DNA of 64,000 nucleotides. Source: Mobula hypostoma. Lineage: Eukaryota. The notes under the pieces were generated by a model. It had not been told where the DNA came from and ran no database searches. It was given only the letters and a program-made list of their open reading frames with translations. The stretch spans positions 16,308,001-16,372,000 of the forward strand of contig NC_086109.1 in NCBI RefSeq assembly GCF_963921235.1. Reading direction: 5' to 3'. How positions within the stretch are numbered: the first letter of the stretch is position 1; the number at the start of each line of letters is the position of its first letter. Position numbers and translations under genes: made by a program. Positions 13,303-27,084 of this stretch are shown here, in pieces.

Positions 13303-13619
13303 CTCGAAGGTACATTAAATGTCAGAGAAATGTATACAATATACATCCTGAAATTCTTCTTCTTTGCAAACACCCACAAAAACAGAGGAATGCCCCAAAG
13401 AATGAATGATGGTTAAATGTTAGAACCCCGAAGTCTTCCCCCAGCTCCCCCCTCCCACACATAAGCAGCAGCAAGCAACGACCCCCCTCTCTCCCACCAG
13501 TGAAAAAGTATCGGCACCCCCCACCGAGCACTCAAGCGTGCAGCAAAACATCAGTAAAGACACAGACTTGTAGTATCCCAAAGACTACTCGTTCACCCAG
13601 TAATTCAATATACCACAGG

Positions 13620-13662
<43 letters not shown>

Positions 13663-14145
13663 TCCCTCCCTCCCTAATAAGGGTAAAAGAGGTGTCCCCG
13701 TTTCATAGTGAGTGGGGAGACATAACAAACAACTCGCTGATTTATGATGTTAAAAGTCTGTTGCATCACTTCTTCCGAGCTCTGTGTCCAAAGAACTCAG
13801 GTCTTTGGGCACATGGCTAGCAGCCAGCTCGCTGCTTTCAATCTTCCGTCTCCCACAACACACCGATTTACTGCAGCAGCACCAACCTTGAGTCTGCCTG
13901 CCTCCAGAGCCACGAAGTCCCGGAATCCTGAAGGCGCGCTAATTTTCTAGGCCGCATCCTTGGTATGTCGAGTAATGGCCAATCGTGAGCGGACCCAGAA
14001 CCGAAGTCAGCGTGTAACTCTAGGTCAGGGTCTTCAAAAGAACCCTGAACGGGAAAAATAGAGATATTAAAGATAGAAGTAGAGCTGTTTCTGAAGATGC
14101 AAGTAAAGGAGTCGCTGTTAGGCGCCATCGTTCTCCTAAGCTCCT
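13303..14145 (-). mobile_element. Probable non-autonomous LINE derivative containing a (CT)n microsatellite (13624-13660)
   Basis: Rex1-like terminal segment (CAGGATGTATATTGTATACAT on minus) joined to a CpG-retaining non-coding 5' part; no TE ORF. Confidence 0.5.
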
Positions 14146-14587
14146 CTTCCTTTGCCACTCTATCCTCGGGATGCAGATGCTTCTTCTCATCTCATCCTTG
14201 AGTGGCCAACCTTTTAGATTGAGACACTGAATCATAGTGAGCACACCCCAGCCAGGCAAAGCATTTCTCCTCAAACACATCCTACCCAGTCCAAAATGTG
14301 GCCGTTTTATTGAAATCACCTCTTATTCTTTGAAACTTTTGTGGATGGTATATGTACATTTTCTCCCATAGAGGTAGTAAGTCTCTCCATCTCCATTTGC
14401 CCCAAGAACTAATCTTGTCAGCCATCATTGTTCTCCCTTGCTCACAATTGCTTTCTCCTTTGACAGGTTAGCCATATAATTACACAGTATCCAGATTATT
14501 ATCTCAATAGAGCCCTAAATATTTCCAGGTGTATGTCTTTACCTTTATACTGAGATCATGTTGCAATGTATCTGTATATATAATGTA

Positions 14588-15203
14588 TCTGTCCGCCAGA
14601 GAAAGCAGGATCTCCCAATGGCCACACATTTTAATTCCACATCCCATTCCCATTCTGACATGTCTATCCACGGCCTCCTCTACTGTAAAGATGAAGCCAC
14701 ACTCAGGTTGGAGGAACAACACCTTATATTCCGTCTGGGTAGCCTCCAACCTGATGGCATGAACATTGACTTCTCTAACTTCCGCTAATGCCCCACCTCC
14801 CCCTCGTTCCCCATCCGTTATTTATTTAAATACACACATTCTTTCTCTCCCTCTCATTTTTCTCCCTCTGTCCCTCTGACTATACCCCTTGCCCATCCTC
14901 TCAGTTTCCCCCCCGGGCCTCCTGTCCCATGATCCTCTCATATCCCTTTTGCCAATCACCTGTCCAGCTCTTGGCTCCATCCCTCCCCCTCCTGTCTTCT
15001 CCTTTCATTTTGGATCTCCCCCTCCCCCTCCAACTTTCAAATCTCTTACTAACTCTTCCTTCAGTTAGTCCTGACGAAGGGTCTCGGCACGAAACGTCGA
15101 CTGTACCTCTTCCTAGAGATGCTGCCTGGCCTGCTGCGTTCACCAGCAACTTTGATGTGTGTTGCTTGAATTTCCAGCACCTGCAGAATTCCTCGTGTTT
15201 GCG
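14588..15203 (+). mobile_element. Penelope-like 3' fragment (GIY-YIG C-terminus + 3' repeat)
   Basis: ORF 14558-14788 ends LEEQHLIFRLGSLQPDGMNIDFSNFR, nearly identical to the 45742-47103 C-terminus; full tail with hammerhead follows. Confidence 0.92.
15066..15103 (+). ncRNA. Minimal type-I hammerhead ribozyme motif
   Basis: tagtc-CTGACGA-a-gggtctcggcac-GAAAC-GTC-gactg; stem I agtc/gact; one mismatch in stem II. Confidence 0.65.
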
Positions 15204-15485
15204 TATATAATTTGTCTTCCTGTTTCGAGGAAATCTGGGCCTTTCTGAACCCTAACACCTTTAAATCTCTCACTCGTAAAATAAACTCTGCTTTTCCTTT
15301 TATAACTAAAGGGGATGACATCACACTTTTGTATTCCATTCAATCTGCATGTACTTGTCCATTCATTTAGCCTGTCAGTAGCCCTTTGATATTGTCATCC
15401 TCACCACTCACAATGTACCCAAAACTGTATCGTCAGCAAACTTGGATGAGTGGCATTTGATTCCCTCAGTCAAGTTATTTTTATA

Positions 15486-15888
15486 CAGTACTGTGCAGAC
15501 ATCGTAGGCAGATGTCAAAAAAAGGTAAAGTGAAGATACTTTCAAAAAATAATAATATGAAAAGTTTCTAAATATCAAAAAAACTATAAAGAGCAGTAAA
15601 CAGTTAAAAAACTAAATCAAATCAATATTTAGTGTGACCACCCTTTGCTTTTAAAACTCTATTATTTCTCTTAGGTACGCTATTTTGCAGTTCTATATGA
15701 AAATCAGCTGGTAGATTGTTTCAAGCATATTGGAGCCAGTTTTTCTGCAGACTTTGGCTGTCTCACTTCTCTCTCCCCAGGTAATCCCATACAGCCTTGA
15801 TGATGTGAGATCAGGGCTCTTTGGAGGCCATACCGTATGCAACCATATAAAAAAAATCTAGGGTGCCTAAGACTTTTGCACAGTACTG
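15486..15888. mobile_element. Tc1/mariner-type MITE
   Basis: Imperfect 25-bp TIRs (cagtactgtgcagacatcgtaggca / tgcctaagacttttgcacagtactg) flanked by TA on both sides. Confidence 0.85.
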
Positions 15889-15975
15889 TAGATAGTGAGC
15901 AGAAGTGTGTGTGTGTGTGCGCATGGTGGGGCTGGTGTTGGGGGTGTAGGCAGCTGTGATAGTTACTGTGTGGTG

Positions 15976-16120
15976 AAAACCACCATATTATTCCTGATAC
16001 AAAACCACCATATTATTCCTGTTACAAAACCACCATATTATTCCTGATACAAAACCACCATATTATTCCTGATACAAAACCACCGTATATTCCTGTTACA
16101 ACTACTATAATATTCCTGTT
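15976..16120. repeat. 25-bp minisatellite, about 5.8 copies
   Basis: Unit aaaaccaccatattattcctg(a/t)tac, head-to-tail with no spacers. Confidence 0.95.
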
Positions 16121-19100
16121 TCCAGTAGATGCTGGAAATCCAATCAACACACACAAAATGCTGGAGGAACTCACCAGACCAGGCAGCACCTATGGAAAAA
16201 AGTACAGTCGACGTTTCGGGCCAAGACCTTTCGGCAGGACTATTATTCCTGTTCCTGTTTTCTGTTCATTAACCAATCCTCCCTCACCACATCAGTATAT
16301 TAACCTTATTCCCATGTGTTTTCTTTTTGTGTAATAAACTCTTCTCGAGTACCTCATAGAAGTCCAAATGTACCACACCTGGTTTTTCTGAATCTTCTAC
16401 AACTTGTAAAAAAAAAATCTATGAACAGATTAAATATCCACGCCAGGATCGCTAAACTCAAAAGCGGTTACTTTCTTCAAGTGTCAGGCTGATCAATGCC
16501 CCCACCCAGTAACACAATCCACCACTCCCCATCATTCCTCACCATCATGACATCCACATCAGCCACTTCTCCCCACAACCCCTCAGCATCCCCCCATGCA
16601 CTGCCACTTCATGCTTATGCTCCACACTTCATCCCCACACTGACACAGTCAGTGCCTTGTGTTTCCATGTGTCCTGCTGCTACCCAGAGGCACTCACTTA
16701 GCCTCTCAATATCCCTTTGATCTCTGTGCCCTCCTCACCACTCACAATGCACCCAACACTGTCGTCAGCAAACTTGGATGAGTGACACGTGATTCCCTCA
16801 ATCAAGTTACTTATAAAGATAGTGAGCAGAAGAAGAGTGAGAGAGAGAGAGAGAGAGAGTGAGTGTGTGTGTGTGTGGTGACAGAGGGGGTTGTTAAGAT
16901 TTCCTCTTGCCTATGAATGCTTGCAAGATGTTAATCTCAGGGTAGTATGGTGACATATACATACTTTATAGTCTCTTTATGTACATATAACCAGTCCATA
17001 TACATCTATATATATGGCTACACCCAACATTGTGTTTTATAGGATTAGTTTTATACTTATATTTATGCTTATTGAGGTTTTTTTAAATGCTGTGTTGGAT
17101 CTGGTGTAACAATCATTTTGTTCTCCTGTACACTTATGGACTGAAGAATGACAGTAAACAATCTTGAATCCTGAATATGCATTGCCTTCCATAAGTTATG
17201 CCATATCTGTTGAAGACTGTTATTTTCCTAGTGTCCTGTTACGATATCCTTAACAATTGATTCTGACAGCCTGAATGGTTGGATGGCTGTCTTTCTTACT
17301 CATTGATGTTTGACGAACTGGTCTGTAGAAATGTGCTTTCTTAAATACAGGTGTTGCATTTGCATGGATATTCAGGCAATAATTTAGAAATTCTAAATTA
17401 AGGAGATAGTCAGAGTCTTTTGAAGACATAAACAAGCTTCCGAAAGGGTATGCAGTGTCTGGAGACTATCACGAGGCATGTGGAAAGTGATTTGGAACTT
17501 AAGGAGGTAATACCCAATTGCCATGGTTTATTTTTACCTACATCAGCAGCATCAATAGAAACAAGGAGGAGATTGTTTTGAAGGCAGAACGGATTGTTAA
17601 AAGCTAAATTATGAAGTAGGGCCTTGAGGATAATAATGCATAAAAGCTGAAAGTCAGGAGAATTAACTAAACAGCTGATGTTGGGAAGAGAGTTTCATTT
17701 TCACAAGAGATTGGCAGGAGTATTGGGACAGGAAGGAGTCAGTGTAATGGGGCAGGTTCCAGGAAAATGGTAATAGGTTGAATGCCCAAAGGAGACGTAG
17801 ATAGCAAAGGCTTTGAACTCATAAAATATGGTTTGTTAATTTGGTGCAAATGGCAGTATCTTTAACAGCTGTATGATTGGCTCGATGATGATATTCTCAA
17901 GTTTGGATCAGAGTTATAGATTAAAATTAAGTATTTAATTTATACAAAATTAAGTATTTTACGGAAAATTCCTTAAATTTATATGTGCGTGCAGTTTTTG
18001 CAACAGTAAACAGTATTTTATATTTTTCCCTTTCTGCTGTCTACATGTTGTAGCCGTAAACAGAAGGGATTCTGCAGATGCTGAAAATCCAGAGCAACTC
18101 ACACAAAATTCTGAAGGAAATCAGCGGGTGGGTTCAGGCACCATCTGTGGAGAAGAATAAAGAGCCAATGTTTTGTATGTGTTTTGATGATGATCCTTTC
18201 TTTTCGTTAATGTGACTTAATTACATCTTGTGCAAAGAGCACAGGTGAGGGGAGGATTACACAGTAGCTTTCTCCTGGTTTAGACTAGAGCACAAAATTT
18301 TGCCTGATTCTTAAATGCAGAACTGAGGAGATGTTGTGGTGTCAAGAGGTACCACCTTGCAGATAGGGACTAAACTGTATAATTGGTAAAGACTATATGT
18401 ATGTGAGAGGAGATGCAGGAGAGTTCTCCAATTGTACTATCATTTATCATTTAAAATGGACTGAGTGGCCATTTACAAAATGCTGGAGGAAGTCTGCATC
18501 TATGGAACGGAATAAATAGTCGACGTTTGGGCCAAGACCCTTCATCAGGACTGGAAAGGAAGGCAGACGAAGTCAGAATAAGAAGGTAGAGAGGTGAAGA
18601 AGCACCAGCTAGTTGGTGATAGGTAAAGCCAGGTGAGGGTGAAGTAGGTGGATGGGGGAGAGGGGATGAAGCATTTTGTGTGTCTTACTCTGGATCTCAG
18701 GCATCTGCAGAATCTTTTGTATTTATAGTGGGCACTTATCATGTCACTGTTCTTTCAACTTCCCATGCTAAAATTTGCTACATAACAGGGCTTCAAAGAT
18801 ACTTTATTGTCTGAACAAACCTTAGTATAATCTTCAAGATATGAAGGATATCATCGATGTGTTGCTTTGGTTTTAGTCAATTTTTTATATGTATTGTCAC
18901 AGATACACGCATGTAACAGTAAATAGTTTTCCATTAATTTACTTTATTTATTTATTTAGCGATACAGTGCTGAATAGGCCCTTCCAGCTCTTTGATCCAC
19001 GCCGTCCCAAAATCCCCACACTAAATTAATCATGGGACGACTTACGTCTTTGGATGGTGGAAGGGGAGAACCTAGGCAATCTATGGAGTGGATATAGGGA

Positions 19101-19308
19101 GACACCTAGCAGAGTGGCACCAAAATCGAACACCGAACTCCAAACTCCAAACTCCACCCCCACCCCCGAGGTGTAACAGAGTCGTGCTAATCTATATGCT
19201 ACCATGATGCCCACTTTAGATGCTGCACCATGTTTTCCTAGTTGCAGAATGTACTATTTTCTCTTTACTGTGTAGTTATAAATGCTATAAATCTTAATTG
19301 CTCTTCAG

Positions 19309-19409
19309 AAAGTGACGGGAAAGGTCAAGAGTTTAACAGTTCTTCAAGTCATCATCTTTGCACTGTCAGTAATTCTGCTCATAGTTCTGCAGGCGTACTA
19401 CCTACTGTG
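19309..19409 (+). other. Candidate internal exon (101 nt)
   Basis: cttaattgctcttcag| acceptor and GTG|GTAAAT donor in unique sequence; two open frames. Confidence 0.35.
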
Positions 19410-22100
19410 GTAAATGAATACTTCAGCTTATTTACTTTAACATATGGCATTGAAATTTAACCAGCTTGGGGCTTTGTATATTTTGGCATCTGTAGCATAG
19501 CGCGTTTTCCCCAATGAAGTGTGATGACAAAGTGTGACAGGGAGCAGATGGATACTGTACACACTATACATTATTGAACCTACTGTGTAATTATTGGACT
19601 TTGTACGCCAAGCTCCGTCTAGATACAGATCTCTTTATAAAGGACCAAAGTAGTGAATTTTGCACCTAGGTAGAAACTTCCATGTTATAAAACTATGCAT
19701 TGATTTTTTTTTTGAATGAGACTGTTTTTTTAAGAACATTTAAGCTCTGCCCACTAGCAGCAGAGAACTGATGACATTAGGTGCCAGTGAGAGAACTCTT
19801 ATTTCTGAGTCAGAAAGTTCTGGGCTCAAATCCCACTTCAAGGACCTGAGCAAATCAGAAACAAAAGTAAATCGATATCTGGAATTTGCAATGGTCAGTG
19901 CTTTTCACAGTCTTCTCACTGTGACTCAGATTTAATTAGTTGAATGGCTTTCTATGTGATAATAATTCTTTAGTTCTGTGACTCCTATCTCAAATGTATA
20001 CTTTCCCTTTCGATCTGAAACAAACAAAAGCATTTAGTGTTAGGGTGAAATGTATGGTTTTGTTTGTAGTATTAATCAGTTTGGGGGCTTGAGAGATTGC
20101 AAAGGATTGGCCTGTGTTAGTCAAGTTTAGAAGAATGATTCAAAGATTCAAAGTACATTTATTTATCAAAGTATGTATAAAGTATACAACCCTGAGATTT
20201 GTCTTCCCCACAGACAGTCACGAAACAAAGAAAACCAAGAAAGAAAATCACAGAACCTGTTCAAAGAAAAAGCATCAACCCCCCCCATGTGAAACTAGAA
20301 CGTCAACCCCCCCCCAATGCAAAGAAACAAATCGCACAAATGGCAACAAGGACATCAACCACTGACCCCCCCACTAACGCAGAGAAATGAATCACACTGA
20401 AAATTCTGTTTCTGCACTGTAGTGCAATCACTCAAATCGAGTTTGATGTCCTCCAAAGGGGTTGCCTATTGGTGGGGCCTCAGTTGACTGTGGATTCCCT
20501 TAATGGTGAATGCCTGTACATGACTTTGTTTAACGAGGGGAGGCTGATGGATGGGCTACCACCACATGGTGCTTGACAGATTGGGGTCAGGATCCAGTGG
20601 CATGGAGTGGGAACCCTTCACTGCTGTAGCCTTCCTCCACCTTCACTGCCGTTGTGATGTGTCATCATCTTCTATCGGCTCTACTGTTGAGGTCTTGGTT
20701 GGATCGCTCTTTGTCTGAAATGTCCTCCTTGACCTTACCACCATGGGTGACCCTACCAGCAGCTATGTGCCAGGTCGCAATATCCATTCAGCATCACTTT
20801 GTGGATCTCAGGAATTCACATACCTCTTCAGCTTGACAAGGCAACGATCCTCGGAGAAGTCTGAACTACATCTATCTATGAATCCATGGCAATCACCAAG
20901 ACTGTTAGATGGACAGATGCTAAGGGAAGCAAAAGGCAATCAGATGGGAAGGGATATTTGAATAGGGAATCACTCGTGACCCTAGTAAATGACAAAGAAG
21001 GCTAGAGGGCCATGAGCCCTAATGCTCACAGTCTTTGTAAGTTCCAGTATCTGTTGGTCAATATTTCTGGACAGTCAGTTGCAGGAAACTTTGAGATTTG
21101 CCCACCACACACAAAATGCTGGAGGAACTCAGCAGGTCAGGCAACACCTACAGAGAGAAGTAAGAATTTCAGGCTGACACCCTTCATCTTAAAATGTCAA
21201 CTGTACATTTCCCTCCATAGATGCTGCCTGACCTGCTGAGTTCCTTCATCATTATGAGTGTGTTGCTCAAGATTTACAGAAACTGTAGAATCTTGTGTCT
21301 GAGATTTTACCATAGAAGCAAAATCCTGTGTTTTGCATTGTGTGCAGTTTTTCATTGATTCTATTGTATTTCTCTGTGAATGCCTGAAAGATAATAAATT
21401 TCAAGGTTGTATATAGTGATAGATATGTACTTTGATAACAAATTTACTTGGAACAAGCCTTTTGTACATTTCACTGCACCCAATTGTAGTCTGTCCTTGA
21501 TATCAGGAGAGTTTTATATCTTTCCTGTTTCTGAGCTTTGAGAGACTGAAACGCAGAGCAGTAATCTCACTCTGTTAGTATGATCTCAGACTGATTGGAA
21601 GGTAGCATTTGCCAGCTCTCCAGAATTAGCATAGAGTCTCCTGGAATTAATGATTAATCCGCAGGATTTCACTGGTAGGAAAACTGAAGAGCATTTGTTT
21701 GAGTATTTCTGTTTATAAATTGTAAAAATATCAGCATTGGTACAAGCAAAAAAGCTGTTGAATGACAGTGAAAAAAAAAAGGCAATTTGTGTACGGAGCT
21801 GCATCATCTTGCTGGGGTTACCAACCATGTAGGGTTTTCCAGGAACGATGGATGATTCTCATAAGCAACTGTGGAGAAACCATTCAAAAGCATCTAGGAT
21901 TACCAGCCCTTTTTATTCCATGGAGCCTTACATTAGTTGTGGGGTCCGTGCACCCCGGGATGGGAACCCCTGATTTAGATCATAAGACATAGGAGCAAAG
22001 TCAGGCTGTTCGGCCCATTGTGTCTGCTTCACTTTCAATCATGGCTGATTTATTTTCCCCTCTCAAACCTGTTCAAAAATAAGTTTATTATCAAAGTACA

Positions 22101-22404
22101 CAACTTGTAGGCGGCCGTTAGTCTCGTGAGAGCACGGATTTGCGCCTTGGAAGGTTTCCAGGACGCAGGCCTGGGCAAGGTTGTATGGAAGTTGCCCATG
22201 CTGCAAGTCTCCCCTCTCCACGCCATAGATGTTGTCCAAGGGAAGGGCATTAGGACCCATACAGCTTGGCACCGGTGTTGTTGCAGAGCAATGTGTGGTT
22301 AAGTGCCTTGCTCAAGGACACAACACACTGCCTCAGCCAAGGCTCGAACTAGCAACCTTCAGATCGCTAGACGAACGCCTTAACCACTTGGCCACGCGCC
22401 AACA
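22101..22404 (-). mobile_element. tRNA-derived SINE inserted in a Rex1-like tail
   Basis: A box TGGCCAAGTGG and B box AGTTCGAGCC on minus; flanked by CAAAGTACA direct repeats (22092-22100, 22405-22413). Confidence 0.8.
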
Positions 22405-25067
22405 CAAAGTACATATATGTCACCATATACAACCCCAAAATTTGTTTTCTTGTTGGCATACTCAGTAAATCCAAGACACATAGTAGAATCAATGAAAGGC
22501 CACACCCAACAGGATGAATGAACAACCAATGTGCAAAAGACCACAAACTGTGCAAGTACAAAAGAGAAAAAAAAGCAATAAATACTGAGAACATGAGGTG
22601 AAGTGTTCTTGAAGGTGAGTCCATAGGTTGTGGTAACAGTTCAGTGATGAGGCAAGTGAAGCTATCTGCACTACTTCAAGAACCTGATGGTTGAGGGGTA
22701 ATAACTTTTGTTGAAGCTGGTGGTGTGGATCCTGAGACTCTTGTACCTTCTGCCTTTTCCCCATATCCTTTAACACCCTTAATAAACAAAAACCTATGAA
22801 CTTCCGCTTTACCTATTGAATATTGAAAAGCCTGGATAGAGTGGACATGGAGAGGATATTTCCAATATTGGGAGAGTCTAGAACCTGAGGGTACAGACTC
22901 AGAATAGAAGGAGGTCCTTTTAGACCAGGGAAGAGGAGGAATTTCTTTAGCCATAGGGTGATGAATCTGTGGAATCCATTGTTACAGATGGCTGTGAAAG
23001 GCTAAGTCATTTGGTATATTTGAAGTGGAGGTTGATAGATTCTTGATTAGTAATGGCATCACTGGTTACAAGGAGACAAGCAACATGTCAGAAAATCGTG
23101 CGGGTGGTGATGGAGGGGTGGGGGTGGCACTAAAGATAAAGAAATATCAACTTCATTTGCCACCTGTACATTGAAGCATACAGTAAAATCTATTTGCATC
23201 AAATGAAATCAGTGAGGACTGTTCTGGGCAGCCCACAATTGTCAGCACGCTTCAGGCGCCAACATTAGCATGCCTACAACTTATTAATCTTACAATAACC
23301 GGAGCACCCAGCGGAAGCCCATGCGGTCACAAGGAGAACATACAAACTGTTGAGAGACAGAATTAAGCCATTCCGACTGTTGAATCTCCACCATTCTCCT
23401 GCCTTGTCTTCCACAGTGATAACAGGTGTAAAATACTAATTCAGTTTGTCCACCATTCCTTCTGTCTTTACTTCTGGCAATCGGCTGTGTTTTATTCATT
23501 AGATAACTGGGTGTCATCGGGCTGGAAGGGCCAGTTACCATGTTGTATCTGCAAATAAAGAAAATTAAATAAAATGAAACCAAGGATAGGAAGGACATTC
23601 TGCTGACTAGTTGGAGACAGTAGATCACATGCAGCCACCGACGTTTGGCAAGTCGACCTGCAGACAGAGCTTCTGTTTGAAAGTTCAGGCTGGATACTGA
23701 GTTCTGATCTGTGATGCTGTCTGTCGGAGGATGCCAAATCGAGACACCATCTGCTCTTGCAGGAGGGAAGTAAATGATCTATGGAAGAGAGACTGGGGGT
23801 GTTCTCCCTGGTTTCCTGGCCTATATTTCTACCTCAATAACTACAACCAAAAAGACACGTTCAGTAATCTTTAGCGCATCATTTATTGTCATTTTTTGTG
23901 TGATGCTGCTTTGTGCCAAATGTATCAAAATCTGTAGTTAGACCACATCTGGTGTATGGCATACAGATAGAGTGGACAGAGGGTATCTGTTTCCCTTGAT
24001 TGGAATGCCTAATACCAGATGCAATAATGGTGAAAGGAGGTAGGTTCAAGGGAGATGTGAGGGGTAAGGTTTTTACTCAGAGAATCATGGAGGCCAGGAA
24101 TGCGCTGCCTGGTACGGTGGTAGAGGCGACTACATCAGAGACTCTTACGAGACGTTTGCATAGACACGTATATGTAAGGAAGATGGAGGGATATGGACAT
24201 GGTGCAGGTAGGAGTGATTAGTGTTTGAGATTTGCTTTTTAGCTGGTTCAGCACAATATTGTGGGCCAACTGGCCTGTTCCTGTTCTGTACTCATCTATG
24301 TTCTACGTTTCTAACAGTGACTAAACTTGAAATTGGTGTCTTAAGGAAAAACTGAAATAATGAAAAGGGCTATATAAATGCAAATATTTTTAGATGTTCA
24401 ATAGCTTGCGCATTCAGCACATACACAGACGATATTGTGGTGTGCAAGAGATCAGAACTGAACAAAGATATTTCAGAGGGTTGGTGGAAGTTCCTGAGGG
24501 GAGTAGATAAGGTAAATGCAAGCAGGCTTCCTCCACTGAGGTGGATGAGACTAGAACTCAAGGTGATAGGTTAAGGGAGAAAGGTGAAATATTTAAGGGG
24601 AGCATGAGGGAGAATTTATTCACTCCGAGGGTGTGGAGGAAGCTGCCAGCAGCTGTGTTGGATGCTGTTTCAATTTCAACATTTAAGAGAAATAAATACT
24701 TGGTGGTGCAGGATTAGACAGAATAATGGAGTGGCATGGACTAGATGGGCCAAATAGCCTGTTTCTATGCTGTTGTGCTCTATGACTCTTCCAGGTTATG
24801 GAAATAAGGAGAGGAAAGGCAGCAGTGGGATTGAAGCCAGTGTTGACATTATAGAGTGCAATGCACAGACGGACTGAGAGACTGTATAGTTCAGCAAGCA
24901 TGATGTTGATATGTGAACAAGATTTGATTGCAAAAATGGGCCAAATATTTATTATTACAAGAAGTGACAGGATCTGCACCAGAAGATATGGAATATTTTT
25001 ACTGTTTTATTCTTCTGGAACTCAGTGGAATAGAATCAGGACAAGGCCACACAATCTTTCAGACCTG

Positions 25068-25273
25068 AAGCACAAGATTCTGCAGACCCTGTAACTCTCG
25101 AGGAACACACACAAATTGCTGGAGGAACTCAGCAGGTCAGGTAGCATTGATAGAGAGGAATAAACAGTTGATGTTTCGGGCCAAGAAGGGTCTCAGCCTG
25201 AAATATCAACTATTTATTCCTCTCTGTTGATGCTGCTTGACCTGTTGAGTTCCTTCAGCACTTTGTGTATGTT
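25068..25273. mobile_element. Fold-back Penelope-tail insertion
   Basis: Arms 25104-25186 and 25191-25273 are diverged reverse complements of each other. Confidence 0.8.
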
Positions 25274-25844
25274 TCTCTCAAACCTGCTCCACCATTTAGT
25301 AACATCGCATCTGAAATTGTAAAATTCTTTCGCTTTCCAACCTATTCTTGTTCTCGATTCTTCGGTGTGTCTTAATTTTGTTCAATGACGAAGCACCCAG
25401 AACTTGTGTAGGGTATTTCAAAAATGCACAGAAAAAAATTTGTCTTATTTCGGTGTTAAATGTCTAAATCTTTGTGCGGAGTCTATAGTTTTTCAATAAT
25501 CAATATTTCCCAGGAAAAAGAAACAGCCTGTCAGCATACAAACATAAAATAGGAGCTGGAGTTGCCCACTCAACCTCAAGATATCTCTGGCAGCATGTTA
25601 TTCCCAGCTCTTAACTTGCCTTAACTTGCATCAGCAAAATGATCATTGACTCTCTCATCCAACCTAGTGTTTCAGAAACTGGAGCCTGAGCTCCAAACCA
25701 GGTCTGTGAAATTGCCTGACACAGGACTGTTATTGTTGCATATTTAATATTTAAGTAATATTTGAGTACTGTTGTAAATATAGTGTTTGATTAAGCACTG
25801 TTGTTCATTTCAACAGTTCGTTATGGGGTATATGTAATTTACTC

Positions 25845-26091
25845 GGCACATGGCCAAGTGGTTAGGGTGTTGGGCTCACGATCTGAAGGTCGTGGGTTCA
25901 AGTCTCTGCCAAGGCAGCGTGCTGTGTCTTTAATCCAGTCCACCCAGCTGAAAATGGGTACCGGCAAATGCATACATGGGTACTGGCGTCCTATCTGGGG
26001 GTGAGTCTCGTACTCTCAGTCGCTTCACGCCGCAGAAACTGGCATAAGCACCACACGGGCCACACACGGCTGGGGACAAACTTTAACTTTA
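25845..26091 (+). mobile_element. tRNA-derived SINE
   Basis: A box TGGCCAAGTGG, B box GGTTCAAGTC, head similar to the 22101-22404 SINE, short (ACTTTA)n tail. Confidence 0.75.
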
Positions 26092-27084
26092 ATATGTATA
26101 AATACATGAATTGTGTATATTGTCACGCAGCTATGTGATATGTGTATGCCTCACTTAAAATAAACACCATAAGAAAATAAGATATAGGAGCAGAATTAGG
26201 CCATTTGACCCATCGAGTCTGCTCCCTCATTTCATCATGGTTGATCCTATTTTCCTCTCCGCCCCAGTCCCCTGCCTTCTCCCCGTATCCCTTCATGCCC
26301 TGACCAATCAAGAATCTATCAACCTTTGTCTTATATATACATAAAAACTTGGCCTCCACAGCTGCCTGTGGCAAAGAATTCCACAAATTCACCGCATCTC
26401 CATTCCAAAAGGATGCCCCTCAACTCTGAGGCTGTGTCCTCCGTACTTAGATTCTCCCAACACGGGAAATGTCACAGAGTTAGATCTGCATTCCCAGACT
26501 CCTGCATCTTCCTTTGAATTAATTTAATGTTTGGAAGTTACAAAACCTAACAGTCATAAGTATGTTCCTGAATGACTGAGTGTATGCCTTTAGGCTTCTG
26601 TGCCTCCTTCCTGGTGGAACAATGTCCTGGGTGATGGGATCCTTAATAATGGACGTCGCCTTTCTGAGGCACCACTCCTTGAAGAAGTTGTCTTAGGTAC
26701 AACAGAGGCTAGTACCCAAGATGGAGCTTCTTTCGGTCCTGTGCAGTAGCCTCCCACCCCCATACCAGACAGTGAAACAGCCTGTCAGAAAAGTTTTTGA
26801 GTGTTTTAGTAGACAAACCAAATCTCCTCAAACTGCCAATGAAATATAGCCGCAGTCTACCTCACTTTTTTTAATATGCAGTCTTTCTGTTTTTGCACAT
26901 TTTTTAAAAATCTATTCAATATATGCAATTGATTTACTTGTTTATTTATTATTATGTTTTATTTTATTTATTATTATTATTATTTTTCTCTCTGCTAGAT
27001 TATGTATTGTTTTGAACTGTTGCTGCTAAGTTAACATATTTCACGTCACATGCCGGTGATAATAAACCTGATTCTGATTCTTGG

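Noticed and set aside
14467..14530. Coding exon VSHIITQYPDYYLNRALNISR
   Set aside because: Either donor choice gives an immediate stop when joined to the 19309 candidate, and no upstream start is evident.
15976..16120. CRISPR-like array
   Set aside because: Repeats are contiguous with no spacers, there are no cas genes, and the context is vertebrate.
25845..25920. tRNA gene (also 22330-22404)
   Set aside because: A and B boxes are present but there is no clean acceptor stem, and the sequence continues into a SINE body and tail.
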